Shown piece by piece: positions 28,503 through 37,122 of a stretch of DNA of 64,000 bases. How positions within the stretch are numbered: position 1 is the first letter of the stretch; every line of letters starts with the position of its first letter. The stretch covers positions 3,060 to 67,059 of the forward strand of contig JAKAYA010000008.1 in NCBI GenBank assembly GCA_021826965.1, given 5' to 3'. A program made the position numbers and the translations under genes. This stretch comes from Nitrospirota bacterium. Its GTDB lineage: Bacteria > Nitrospirota > Leptospirillia > Leptospirillales > Leptospirillaceae. The notes under the pieces were generated by a model that did not search any database, was not told the origin of the DNA, and saw only the letters and a program-made list of their open reading frames with translations.

Positions 28503-28592
28503 GGAGAGATGGCCGAGAGGCTGAAGGCGGTTGACTCGAAATCAACTCTGGGGGTAACCCCAGCGGGGGTTCAAATCCCTCTCTCTCCGCCA
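28503..28592 (+). tRNA. tRNA-Ser(CGA)
   Basis: GGAGAGA acceptor, GTTGA-CTCGAAA-TCAAC arm, long variable arm, GTTCAAATC, CCA. Confidence 0.97.
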
Positions 28593-28615
28593 CACCCTCT
28601 TGCATCGAGGGGACC

Positions 28616-29980
28616 GTGAAGTCCAAGAAACCCCGCAAAAAAATCCCTGACAGTTCCGTTTTCGATGCGCTGTCCGAATCTTACGGAATCTCCGCCCTTT
28701 ATATCGGATCCGACTACCGCATCAAGTGGATTTCTCCGGAAGCAAGGAGGATCCTGGGCGATCCACCGGAGATGGAGGGCAGTCTTTGCCGGGATTTTCT
28801 GGAAGGACGTCTGTGCACCTCCGAATGTCGTGTCTCCTCCTCCAAAGACACCCTCTCCGGAGATTCGCCTTTCCAGGAATGCTGTTTTCAGCCTGTCCAT
28901 CCCCCGTTCCAGATCCGGACGGAGTTCGTCCCAGGGTCCGGACGGGAGGGTGGTGGACTGCTCAAGAGCTTTCGGACTGCTCCGGACTCCGTCACCAATT
29001 TTCTCCCTTCTTCGTTCGTCGCCAACGGACCATGGGCCGAGGAAATTCGCTCCCTTCTTCCGCGCATCGCCCGGTCCGATCTCCCGATTCTTCTGATCGG
29101 CGAAACGGGAACCGGCAAGGAATGCCTGGCCCGGATGATCCACGAGGAAAGCCATCGTTCCAGCGGTCCGTTCGTCGTTCTGGACCTGGCCCTGATCCCC
29201 GAAACCCTCGTCGAAGACGCTCTGTTCGGCCACAGGCGAGGAGCTTTTACAGGAGCCATCCAGGAACAGACGGGGAAACTTCCCCTCGCCGAAACTGGAA
29301 CTCTTTTTCTGGACGAAATCCAGAATATTCCTCACGCCCTTCAGACAAAACTGCTCCGGTTTCTGGAAACGGGAACCTTCGAACCGATCGGATCGCGGGA
29401 AACCCGAAAGGTGGATACCCGGATCATCGCCGCGACCAACGAACCTCCGGAAGACCTTCTGCGGGACAAACGCATGCGCCCGGACCTCTTCTATCGTCTG
29501 AACGGACTGTCGCTCGAAATTCCCCCTCTTCGGGAACGGGGAGAGGATATTCCCCTTCTGATCACGAGCTTTCGCGAAGAGTGGGCCCGGCGCACCGGGA
29601 GAACCGCCCCCGAATTCGCCCAGGAGCTTCTGCACCAGTTGGCCACCTACCCTTTTCCGGGGAACATCCGGGAACTCAAACATCTCGTGGACGCCACCCT
29701 GACACTGGCTGACCCCGGAAAAATCCTGGAGTTCGACCACCTTCCCGCCTCCATACGACGCCAGTTGCGATCCCGGTCTCTTGCCGCCCCGGACCAGCCT
29801 GATGCCGGGAGATCCCTGAAAGAGCAGACCTTTTATGACTTCGAACGCCAACGGATCCGGGAAGCTCTCGACCGCTCGGGAGGACGGATCATCGAAGCGT
29901 CCCGATCCCTCGGAATCAGCCGGGTGACTCTCTGGCGGAAAATGAAAAAGCTGTCACTTCTTCCGGATGTTTCTCCATAG
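28616..29980 (+). CDS. sigma54-dependent transcriptional activator (Cys-containing PAS-like + AAA+ + Fis HTH)
   Basis: GETGTGKE, intact GAFTGA, LFLDEI, RPDLFYRL, FPGNIREL, LGISRVTLWRKMK. Confidence 0.93.
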   Translation: MKSKKPRKKIPDSSVFDALSESYGISALYIGSDYRIKWISPEARRILGDPPEMEGSLCRDFLEGRLCTSECRVSSSKDTLSGDSPFQECCFQPVHPPFQIRTEFVPGSGREGGGLLKSFRTAPDSVTNFLPSSFVANGPWAEEIRSLLPRIARSDLPILLIGETGTGKECLARMIHEESHRSSGPFVVLDLALIPETLVEDALFGHRRGAFTGAIQEQTGKLPLAETGTLFLDEIQNIPHALQTKLLRFLETGTFEPIGSRETRKVDTRIIAATNEPPEDLLRDKRMRPDLFYRLNGLSLEIPPLRERGEDIPLLITSFREEWARRTGRTAPEFAQELLHQLATYPFPGNIRELKHLVDATLTLADPGKILEFDHLPASIRRQLRSRSLAAPDQPDAGRSLKEQTFYDFERQRIREALDRSGGRIIEASRSLGISRVTLWRKMKKLSLLPDVSP

Positions 29981-30106
29981 AAACAGAATGAACCCTCCGC
30001 CAGTTTCATCCCCTTAACATCGGCCCGGTGTCCTGGTTCCTCTCCTGAAAATATTTAATATTTAATAATAACTTCCGTAAATCCATCCGACTGGTATTTC
30101 CTTTGC
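29968..30106 (+). promoter_or_regulatory. sigma54 promoter with upstream enhancer and AT-rich (IHF-like) tract
   Basis: TGGTAT-N5-TTGC at 30092-30106 (GG and GC 12 bp apart); TGTTTC-N6-GAAACA at 29968-29985; AT tract at 30048-30073. Confidence 0.75.
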
Positions 30107-30206
30107 GAAAGCGATGGCGGTGGGACGGCGCCAGGCGTATCCGGCATGGGGTCCCTGTCATCCATTTCCGCTCCCTTTCGGGCGGAGCCAGCGAAGGAGT
30201 GTTCTC

Positions 30207-30344
30207 ATGTCATCCGGTGAAAACGACAGCGTTTCCAGCAAGATTCTCTTGACCTTCTCTATCGTCATTCTGACCCCTGTTCTCCTCATGGTTATTTTCG
30301 AAAAACTGCAGTTTCCCCTGATCAAAGGTATCGGCGGATTCTGA
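30207..30344 (+). CDS. 45-aa single-TM small protein
   Basis: AAGGAG RBS; ILLTFSIVILTPVLLMVIF TM helix; immediately downstream of the sigma54 promoter. Confidence 0.65.
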   Translation: MSSGENDSVSSKILLTFSIVILTPVLLMVIFEKLQFPLIKGIGGF

Positions 30345-30442
30345 AGACCCATGGAGCCGGTTCTTCCTTTTCCCGAGGATCGAACCGGCATCCATTTTTC
30401 CCTCTCTTGTGATTTCTTTCGAAGTCTTCCTATACTTGTCGA

Positions 30443-31348
30443 ATGGAACATCACAAGAATTTTTCTTCTGAAAAGGACTTTTCAGCGCTTCTGAACCGTC
30501 TTGCCCCTCCACAGCCGAAGACGACCGGGAGGGAGGACGGAGAGGCCTTCTTGCGTCTTCTGGACATCATCGACCACTTGCGGGGAGAGGCCGGTTGTCC
30601 CTTCGACCGGCAACAGACCGTTCCCAGGCTGATGCACGATCTTGCAGAAGAAATGCACGAACTCCGGGAAGCCGCTGAAGACGGGAGACGGACGGCCATC
30701 CTGTCCGAAATCGGGGACATGGTCCTGATTCTTCTTTTCATTCGGCGAATCCTATGGGAGGAAGGTCCGTTGCCCGTGTCCGAACTTCTCGACCACACTT
30801 CCCAAAAGATGGTCCGGCGGCATCCGCATGTGTTTCTTGAACCTGACCCGACCATCGATACGAAAACACTGTGGTCGAACTGGGAAAAGGAAAAAAGAAA
30901 AGAAAAGGAACACGAAGACCGCACATCTCTTCTCGACGGGATCCCCCGAACCATGTCTTCCCTCGAAAGAGCCTTCCGTCAGGGCGAGAAAGCGGCCAGA
31001 GCCGGCTTTGACTGGACCGAGGAAGAAGACGTCTGGGAAAAAGTCATCGAAGAAGTCGGGGAGCTTTCCGAAGCCCGTTCGGAAGGGGATACCCGGCTCG
31101 ACCACGAACTGGGGGATCTCCTGCTGGCCTTGACCTCCTACGCCCGTCATCGTGGCCTCCGTCCCGAAGAGTCCCTGGCCCGGGCCAACGCGCGATTTTC
31201 CGCGCGGTTCCGGCACATGGAGGAAGAATCCCGCCGTCTCGAACGGGATCTTTCTTCCCTGTCGGCCGAGGAATGGAACCGGCTCTGGGAAGACGCAAAG
31301 AAAGCGGAATCCTCTCTTCCTCCGAGAACACTGGACAGTGGTTCATGA
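30443..31348 (+). CDS. mazG: nucleoside triphosphate pyrophosphohydrolase MazG
   Basis: GCPFDRQQT, EIGD, KMVRRHPHVF, GFDW, ELGDLL. Confidence 0.92.
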   Translation: MEHHKNFSSEKDFSALLNRLAPPQPKTTGREDGEAFLRLLDIIDHLRGEAGCPFDRQQTVPRLMHDLAEEMHELREAAEDGRRTAILSEIGDMVLILLFIRRILWEEGPLPVSELLDHTSQKMVRRHPHVFLEPDPTIDTKTLWSNWEKEKRKEKEHEDRTSLLDGIPRTMSSLERAFRQGEKAARAGFDWTEEEDVWEKVIEEVGELSEARSEGDTRLDHELGDLLLALTSYARHRGLRPEESLARANARFSARFRHMEEESRRLERDLSSLSAEEWNRLWEDAKKAESSLPPRTLDSGS

Positions 31349-32349
31349 AATCCCTGATCAAGGTGGTCGGCACTGGCCCTCACGGATCGAAAAACCTCTC
31401 GGTCGATCAGGCCCGGGAAGCCGCCGCCCTGATCCTGGACGGGAAATCCACACCCGCCCAGACAGGAGCACTTTTCCTGGCCATCCGTACGAAAGGGGAA
31501 TCGGACTCCGAGCTCGAAGGCTTCTTTCGTGAAGCCCGTTCGCGGATATTGTCCCGATTTTCCACGCTTCCGATCCTGGATGCCCTGGACATCGGAGATC
31601 CTTACGATGGCCATGTCCGGACACCGGGACTGACGATTCCCGCCGCACTCTGGGCCTCTCGCGCCGGACTGAAAATCGTGATTCACGGGTATCCGGAACT
31701 GCCGGCAAAATTCGGGATCGGACATACCCGGATCTGGGAATCTCTGGGAATGGGGATCACCCCCTGGAAACAAGCGGCAGAAATCCTCGACCGACAAGGC
31801 ATCGTGTGTCTTTCCCCCTCCGACTTCCTCCCCGAATGGACAGACCTCCGGGCGATCCGTCAAGAGCTTGGGCTTCGCACACTCCTGAACACCGTCGAAA
31901 AATCCCTGAATCCCTTGAACGCGCGAAGGATGCTGACAGGATACTTTCATGAATCGCTCGCTCCCCGTCTGCACGATCTCTTGAAAACGCTCTACCCGGA
32001 ACATTGCGTAACGCTGGTTTCCGGTTCCGAGGGCTCCGTTGACCTGCACGCTCATCGTCCGACCCGCTTCCATCCCTCTTCCGGAGACATCACCGGTTCC
32101 CACCTGACGGTTTCTCCTCCGGAAAACCTGGATCCGCTGCCTTCCCTCCCCGTCTCAGCCGAAGCCCATGCCGATTTTGTCCGGGAAGTCCTGTGCAACA
32201 GGCATCATCCCCACCGGCCGCTTGTCCGGTACCAGGCCGCATTTTTCCTGTGGCAGGGAGGATTGTCCAAAGACATGGACACGGCCCTGTCGTCCCTTCC
32301 GGAGGAATGTCCGTCCGAGCTTCCGGACGGCACACCCTTCAGACGATAA
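31345..32349 (+). CDS. anthranilate phosphoribosyltransferase-like (glycosyltransferase family 3 / YbiB-like) protein
   Basis: GTGPHGSKNLS, QTGALFLAIRTKGE, PYDG, RQELGLRT. Confidence 0.75.
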   Translation: MKSLIKVVGTGPHGSKNLSVDQAREAAALILDGKSTPAQTGALFLAIRTKGESDSELEGFFREARSRILSRFSTLPILDALDIGDPYDGHVRTPGLTIPAALWASRAGLKIVIHGYPELPAKFGIGHTRIWESLGMGITPWKQAAEILDRQGIVCLSPSDFLPEWTDLRAIRQELGLRTLLNTVEKSLNPLNARRMLTGYFHESLAPRLHDLLKTLYPEHCVTLVSGSEGSVDLHAHRPTRFHPSSGDITGSHLTVSPPENLDPLPSLPVSAEAHADFVREVLCNRHHPHRPLVRYQAAFFLWQGGLSKDMDTALSSLPEECPSELPDGTPFRR

Positions 32350-32360
32350 AGGGAGATGTC

Positions 32361-33572
32361 TTGAAAAAAACCATAGCGCTGTCAAAACTCAAACCGGGAA
32401 TGAAAGTCGTCGGGATCGACAAAAGCTGGCTGGAGACCCCATTTCTTTCCCATCATTTTGTCGTCCGTTCCGAGAAGGACATCGACAAATTAAGGGAGAG
32501 CGGGGTCCGCCTTGTGACGGTCGAGATCGACAACCCGGTGCCGGAAACAGAAGACTCCCAAACGATTCCGGAAGCGCCGGAGCGCGGCCTCGAAGAGCTT
32601 CCGGACGAGGATCCCGGCAAAGAGCGGAACATTCTCTCTCTCCAGAGAGAGACATCCCGACTTCTGGTCCGGGCCTTTCAGCAGGTCCGGATCAACGGCT
32701 TCCTTCCGACGGACGAAATTCGTTCACACGTGCGGGAGACCGTAGACTTCCTGCTCCACAACAGGCATGCGATTTCCCTTTTGTCCGACATTCACGAAAA
32801 CGACGACGAAACCTATGTCCATTCCGCCAATACCATGTTCATGGCTACGGCTTTTGCCATACGGCACCAGATGGAGGATGCGGAATGCTTTCGTTGGGGA
32901 TTGGCCGCCCTTCTACACGATGTCGGAAAAACACGCGTTCCGGAACACATCCTGAAAAAACCCGGCCCACTGGACCTGCTCGAATGGGAGATCATGCACC
33001 AGCATCCCATTTACGGATTCCAGATTTTGCGCAAGAACCCGGACCCTGAGATCCATGGTCTTGCGGCCCAGGTGGCAGTCGAACACCACGAACGCATGAA
33101 CGGATCCGGATACCCACATCATCTGAGTCTCGACGCTGTTCATCCCGTGTCCCGGTCGCTGATGGTGCTCGACATCTATGAAGCCCTGACCGGCCATCGG
33201 GTTTACCGCTCCAGAAGCACCCCCCGCAAGGTCATCCACTACCTGATGAACGATTACAGCGACCGGGTGTCTGTCCCCGTCATTCTTGAAGTGGCTTCGA
33301 TGGTCGGGATTTTTCCGGTGGGGACATTCGTCGAAACGGAAGACGGGGAAATTCTGATGATTCAAAAATACGAAGACGGGGAGAATTACCGGGGTCAGAT
33401 GACGGTCCTCAAGATTTTCGGGCCAGGAAAGAAAATCCTTCCACGGCCTGAAAAAAGGAAGATTCCGCATCTCGATCCCACCACGGTTCTCCGGACGTAT
33501 GACTACCGCAGCATCGGACTGACGCAGGAACAATGGGAATACCTGATGGGGGGGACTCCGGGAATTACTTGA
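32361..33572 (+). CDS. HD-GYP c-di-GMP phosphodiesterase with DUF3391-like N-terminus
   Basis: LKPGM..SWLETPF, LLHDVGK, HHERMNGSGYP. Confidence 0.9.
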   Translation: MKKTIALSKLKPGMKVVGIDKSWLETPFLSHHFVVRSEKDIDKLRESGVRLVTVEIDNPVPETEDSQTIPEAPERGLEELPDEDPGKERNILSLQRETSRLLVRAFQQVRINGFLPTDEIRSHVRETVDFLLHNRHAISLLSDIHENDDETYVHSANTMFMATAFAIRHQMEDAECFRWGLAALLHDVGKTRVPEHILKKPGPLDLLEWEIMHQHPIYGFQILRKNPDPEIHGLAAQVAVEHHERMNGSGYPHHLSLDAVHPVSRSLMVLDIYEALTGHRVYRSRSTPRKVIHYLMNDYSDRVSVPVILEVASMVGIFPVGTFVETEDGEILMIQKYEDGENYRGQMTVLKIFGPGKKILPRPEKRKIPHLDPTTVLRTYDYRSIGLTQEQWEYLMGGTPGIT

Positions 33573-33807
33573 CCTTCTTGACGGTCACATCCCAGTAACC
33601 TTCCTTTTTTTGTGTTCCGACATGAACCTGTCCCACCTTCTGGATCCAGGCAGGGATGTCCTTCACGGACCCTTCATCGGTCGAAAGAACGGACAAAACC
33701 GTCCCCACGGGTTTGAGCTGGATCGTCTTGATCAGCTCCATCAAGGGACCCGGACAATACATGCCCCGTGCGTCCACCACCTCATCGGATTTCATATCAT
33801 CGGTCAT
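33565..33807 (-). CDS. tusA: TusA-family sulfur carrier
   Basis: VDARGMYCPGPLMEL, STDEGSVKDIPAW; AGGAGG RBS. Confidence 0.88.
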   Translation of the reverse strand: MTDDMKSDEVVDARGMYCPGPLMELIKTIQLKPVGTVLSVLSTDEGSVKDIPAWIQKVGQVHVGTQKKEGYWDVTVKKVK

Positions 33808-33855
33808 ACTTGCCTCCTGATTGTCCCGGACATCGGGATTTTCCGCCACCGGATC

Positions 33856-34248
33856 TCAGACGAAAAGGACCTGTCCCCCTTCGGCGATTCCCAGAAAGGT
33901 CGCAACCCCCACAACATCATCGAAGACGGGGACCATCTCCGAAAGGGGTTTCTCGATCAAATCCAGAGCCAGGGAACAGGCGAAGACCTTCATGGTCCCC
34001 ATCATCTTTCCCTGGGTCAACAAGTCGACGTAAAGAGGCGCCTTTTTCTCCAGCACTTTCCGGCCGATCTCTCCGACCCGCAAGAAATCCTTCCGCTCGA
34101 CCCGCTCTCGGACAAAACAGGCCATCGCCGACATCGTGACGAAAACATTGACCTCCATCCCGCTGACAGCGGCGACAGACGCCATCATTGAGGCTGCCTG
34201 AAGCTTTTCGAACTCGTCTGATGCAAGTACGAGAGAAATCTTGTCCAT
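33856..34248 (-). CDS. DsrE2/DsrE-F-like (peroxiredoxin-family) sulfur transfer protein
   Basis: ASVAAVSGMEVNVFVT, VFACSLALDL, VVGVATFL; co-oriented with tusA. Confidence 0.8.
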   Translation of the reverse strand: MDKISLVLASDEFEKLQAASMMASVAAVSGMEVNVFVTMSAMACFVRERVERKDFLRVGEIGRKVLEKKAPLYVDLLTQGKMMGTMKVFACSLALDLIEKPLSEMVPVFDDVVGVATFLGIAEGGQVLFV

Positions 34249-34466
34249 GTCACCCCTCCCTGACCGTCATACCGGCAGATTCGACGGAGCATACAGATCT
34301 TTGACCGACGGACTGCGCTTCGGTCAAACCGGCCTCACCGGATCTGCCTCGAAGAAATGGTTTGAAGAACCGAATTTCACAATGGTACCATGGACCCCAT
34401 GCAAGCGCCATCATACCTGACGACCAACCTCTCCGGGACAACCCTTCGACCACAGCCGGTGTTTCC

Positions 34467-34685
34467 ATGAAGAAGAAACTGCGCTTTCTGGGTTTTTTTC
34501 TGTTTCTCGCCGGCATCATCCCCGCCGGAGGCCCTGTCTATCTCGGGCTGATCCGGGACGACATCCATGCCCACTCCGACTTCGGAGACAAGGGCCTCCA
34601 GGCAATCACCGCCAGCGGCCTCCTGGTTCTGGCAGCTGGAATCTACCTGCTCTTCCTGTCTTCAAAGGTTGACGAAGGCGCCTGA
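34467..34685 (+). CDS. small two-TM hypothetical protein
   Basis: two hydrophobic segments (FLGFFLFLAGII, GLLVLAAGIYLLFL). Confidence 0.55.
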   Translation: MKKKLRFLGFFLFLAGIIPAGGPVYLGLIRDDIHAHSDFGDKGLQAITASGLLVLAAGIYLLFLSSKVDEGA

Positions 34686-35683
34686 CCCGGTTTTCCCTCC
34701 GGACGTTTGCCAAAGATTGCCTGCGGGAGCGGCTTGACGAAAGATCCCACCGGAGAGGGGACCCGGAAAAACAGGGCGAGCGACCGCACCAGGCTCCGGT
34801 GGTCGAAATATCCCCCATAACGGTGAGGAGCTCCGTTTCTGGAAGAGATCGCGACGAACGGAACCCTGCCGCCTCCCCCCCGGACGGGACGACGCCCTAA
34901 CCCGTCCCGGATCCGTTGCAAAACCGGATAGCGCCCTTCGTCCCAGGTTACGACGATAATCGTCCGTTCCTTTTTCCAGTTTGACGAACGACGGATCTTT
35001 CGGACCCAGAACGCCACGAAACGGTCTCCGGCCTTTACCAGGTCCGCATGACCGAGAGGAGGGCATCCCCCTCCCCCGTGCATGTCATGACACAGGTCAC
35101 CGATGACGAAAGACAGGGCCGGAAGACGGCCCCGTCTCAGATCGTCCGGAAGGTCCTCGATCGGAACGATCCGACGCTTCCAGTCCGGATCGCTCCGGAT
35201 TTGCCCGAACAGGTAGAACGGATTGTGGCGCACGACGTACAAAGGCTTTCCCGGAGGGAACGCGTTGCCCTGATACCCTTTTTCGGGAAGAGACTGGAAA
35301 TACCCCTTGACCGAATAGCCTTTCCGGACCAGGGACTCCGCGATGGTCGGATCGGAAAACCGAAGTGAAGGGTTGTCGGAATGGACCCCGTCCGTTCTTC
35401 CCGACAACATGGCCACATAGTTCGGAAGGCTGGGATGGGCCATGGCATGATAGTCCGTCAGAAGGACGTTGCTTTCAGCCAGACGATTGATGAACGGTGC
35501 GTCCGGATTCCCGATGATGTCCCGGAATCCTTTGTTCTCCAGAACAAAGATCACCACGTGTCCGGACGAAAGAGGGCCTACGGCAAATACCGGTTCCGAC
35601 CCGAAAATAACGCCAGCCAAGAGCACAAGAAAGAGAACAGCCGGAATTCCTGTGCGGATTTTCCGGAACGGGATTCTTTCCAT
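34643..35683 (-). CDS. secreted phosphoesterase family (acid phosphatase/PLC-like)
   Basis: HVVIFVLEN, HPSLPNY, RHNPF, CHDMH, VTWDE, DHRSL. Confidence 0.85.
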   Translation of the reverse strand: MERIPFRKIRTGIPAVLFLVLLAGVIFGSEPVFAVGPLSSGHVVIFVLENKGFRDIIGNPDAPFINRLAESNVLLTDYHAMAHPSLPNYVAMLSGRTDGVHSDNPSLRFSDPTIAESLVRKGYSVKGYFQSLPEKGYQGNAFPPGKPLYVVRHNPFYLFGQIRSDPDWKRRIVPIEDLPDDLRRGRLPALSFVIGDLCHDMHGGGGCPPLGHADLVKAGDRFVAFWVRKIRRSSNWKKERTIIVVTWDEGRYPVLQRIRDGLGRRPVRGGGGRVPFVAISSRNGAPHRYGGYFDHRSLVRSLALFFRVPSPVGSFVKPLPQAIFGKRPEGKPGQAPSSTFEDRKSR

Positions 35684-37111
35684 CTATTCGAAATCCTTCA
35701 AAAGCAAAAATTTTTTGAACCAGTCGTCAAAAACGACATCGTCTGTCGCCATTTCGATAGCCGGCCGGACATCGGTCCCCTTGACATCATTCAGCCTCGC
35801 CAAAACCTCCCGGGGTGTCCATTCCCGTGACGGGAAGCCATGGTTTGAAATCGTACACTGAAACCGGAAATCCGATACGATCAGCTTTTCGAATATTTTC
35901 CTGTACCGGTCCGCGATTGATTGCCGAAAAGTCGGGTCCTCGTCCGGAAAAACCGCCACCACCCCGTCCGGATGCTCCGCCAGGAAATCGGTCCCTCGCT
36001 TCGCTTTCCCCAATAGCCTCACGAATTCGTCACGCATGTTCATATCATGGATGCGGAAGAGGAGAAGGACGAAGGGTCTGGGAGGTGTTCGGCCGATCAT
36101 CGAATCCAGGGCCTTCAGGAGGCTTTCGCCGTCGAGAACGCCTTCCCCTGACGTCCGGTAATGCGGAAGAAGCCCCATCAGGCTCCTCTGTATCCCCATC
36201 GCCTGTCCCAGGTCCCCGAGAGCGTCCTGCCAGGAAAACCGGACAGGATTTCTCCAGATATCCAGGGACGCCACCGGGATACCCATCCAGCCGAACACAT
36301 GATGATACCAGTTGAACGGAAACAGAAATTCATATTTCCAGGAAAGTTCCGTGTGCTCGACCAGAGCCGGACGGCCCGAATTGCCAAAGAGCCTCTGAAA
36401 GAAAATCGTATCTCCGTAAAGAATACCCTCGAGACTTTCCTGAACGCTTTCCGGGGGACCGTCGAAAAGAATGCGCGCAAAATGGGACGAATCGTCCATG
36501 GAAATCCGGTTGACCAGAAAAACGCGGACGTGCTGTAGCATCGGCCCCAGGGTTTGGAGAATGTCCCGGGAGGTCTTGTCGATCTCCCTCAGGTCGTAAT
36601 CGTCCAGAGCCAGCATGGCGAGGTGCGGACGCGTCCGCGAAAAGAGCTTGTCGACGATCGGAACCAGATACTGCTGGACGATTCTTTCCGTAGGAGGATC
36701 CTCCTGGCGGTAGAGAAAATAAATGCCGGCGGGAGGTGGCAACCCCCCGAGAGGATACCCTTTGAACAGAAGAGCGCCCCTCTTCCCGAAATTTTTGAAG
36801 ATATGGGGAGTGTTCATCAACGTTTCAGGCGAAGGGATGTTGACCGGTATATCCTGCCCCTGGGTCATCAGGTGCCGGATAACTTCTTGGGTGGGTTTCC
36901 GTGCAATAGCGTTGACGGACCAGCCCAGAAAATGCGACAGGATATCGTTGAAGATGACGATCTGGTTTTCTTCATTGACAACGAAACAGGCGGTCTGATT
37001 GTCGTTGACGATCATTTCCAGAACTTTTTTCGATTCCGACGTGTCCCGAAGGGACCGCGTAAAAAGGAAAAACCCCATGAAGGGCACCCTTTCCTGACCG
37101 GATACGATCAC
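35684..37111 (-). CDS. PAS-like + degenerate GGDEF-like protein
   Basis: N-terminal PAS-like region (CFVVNEENQIVIFN); C-terminal AKRGTDFLA..VVAVFP..GFP; start may be downstream. Confidence 0.6.
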   Translation of the reverse strand: MIVSGQERVPFMGFFLFTRSLRDTSESKKVLEMIVNDNQTACFVVNEENQIVIFNDILSHFLGWSVNAIARKPTQEVIRHLMTQGQDIPVNIPSPETLMNTPHIFKNFGKRGALLFKGYPLGGLPPPAGIYFLYRQEDPPTERIVQQYLVPIVDKLFSRTRPHLAMLALDDYDLREIDKTSRDILQTLGPMLQHVRVFLVNRISMDDSSHFARILFDGPPESVQESLEGILYGDTIFFQRLFGNSGRPALVEHTELSWKYEFLFPFNWYHHVFGWMGIPVASLDIWRNPVRFSWQDALGDLGQAMGIQRSLMGLLPHYRTSGEGVLDGESLLKALDSMIGRTPPRPFVLLLFRIHDMNMRDEFVRLLGKAKRGTDFLAEHPDGVVAVFPDEDPTFRQSIADRYRKIFEKLIVSDFRFQCTISNHGFPSREWTPREVLARLNDVKGTDVRPAIEMATDDVVFDDWFKKFLLLKDFE

Positions 37112-37122
37112 CCGAGAACGCG

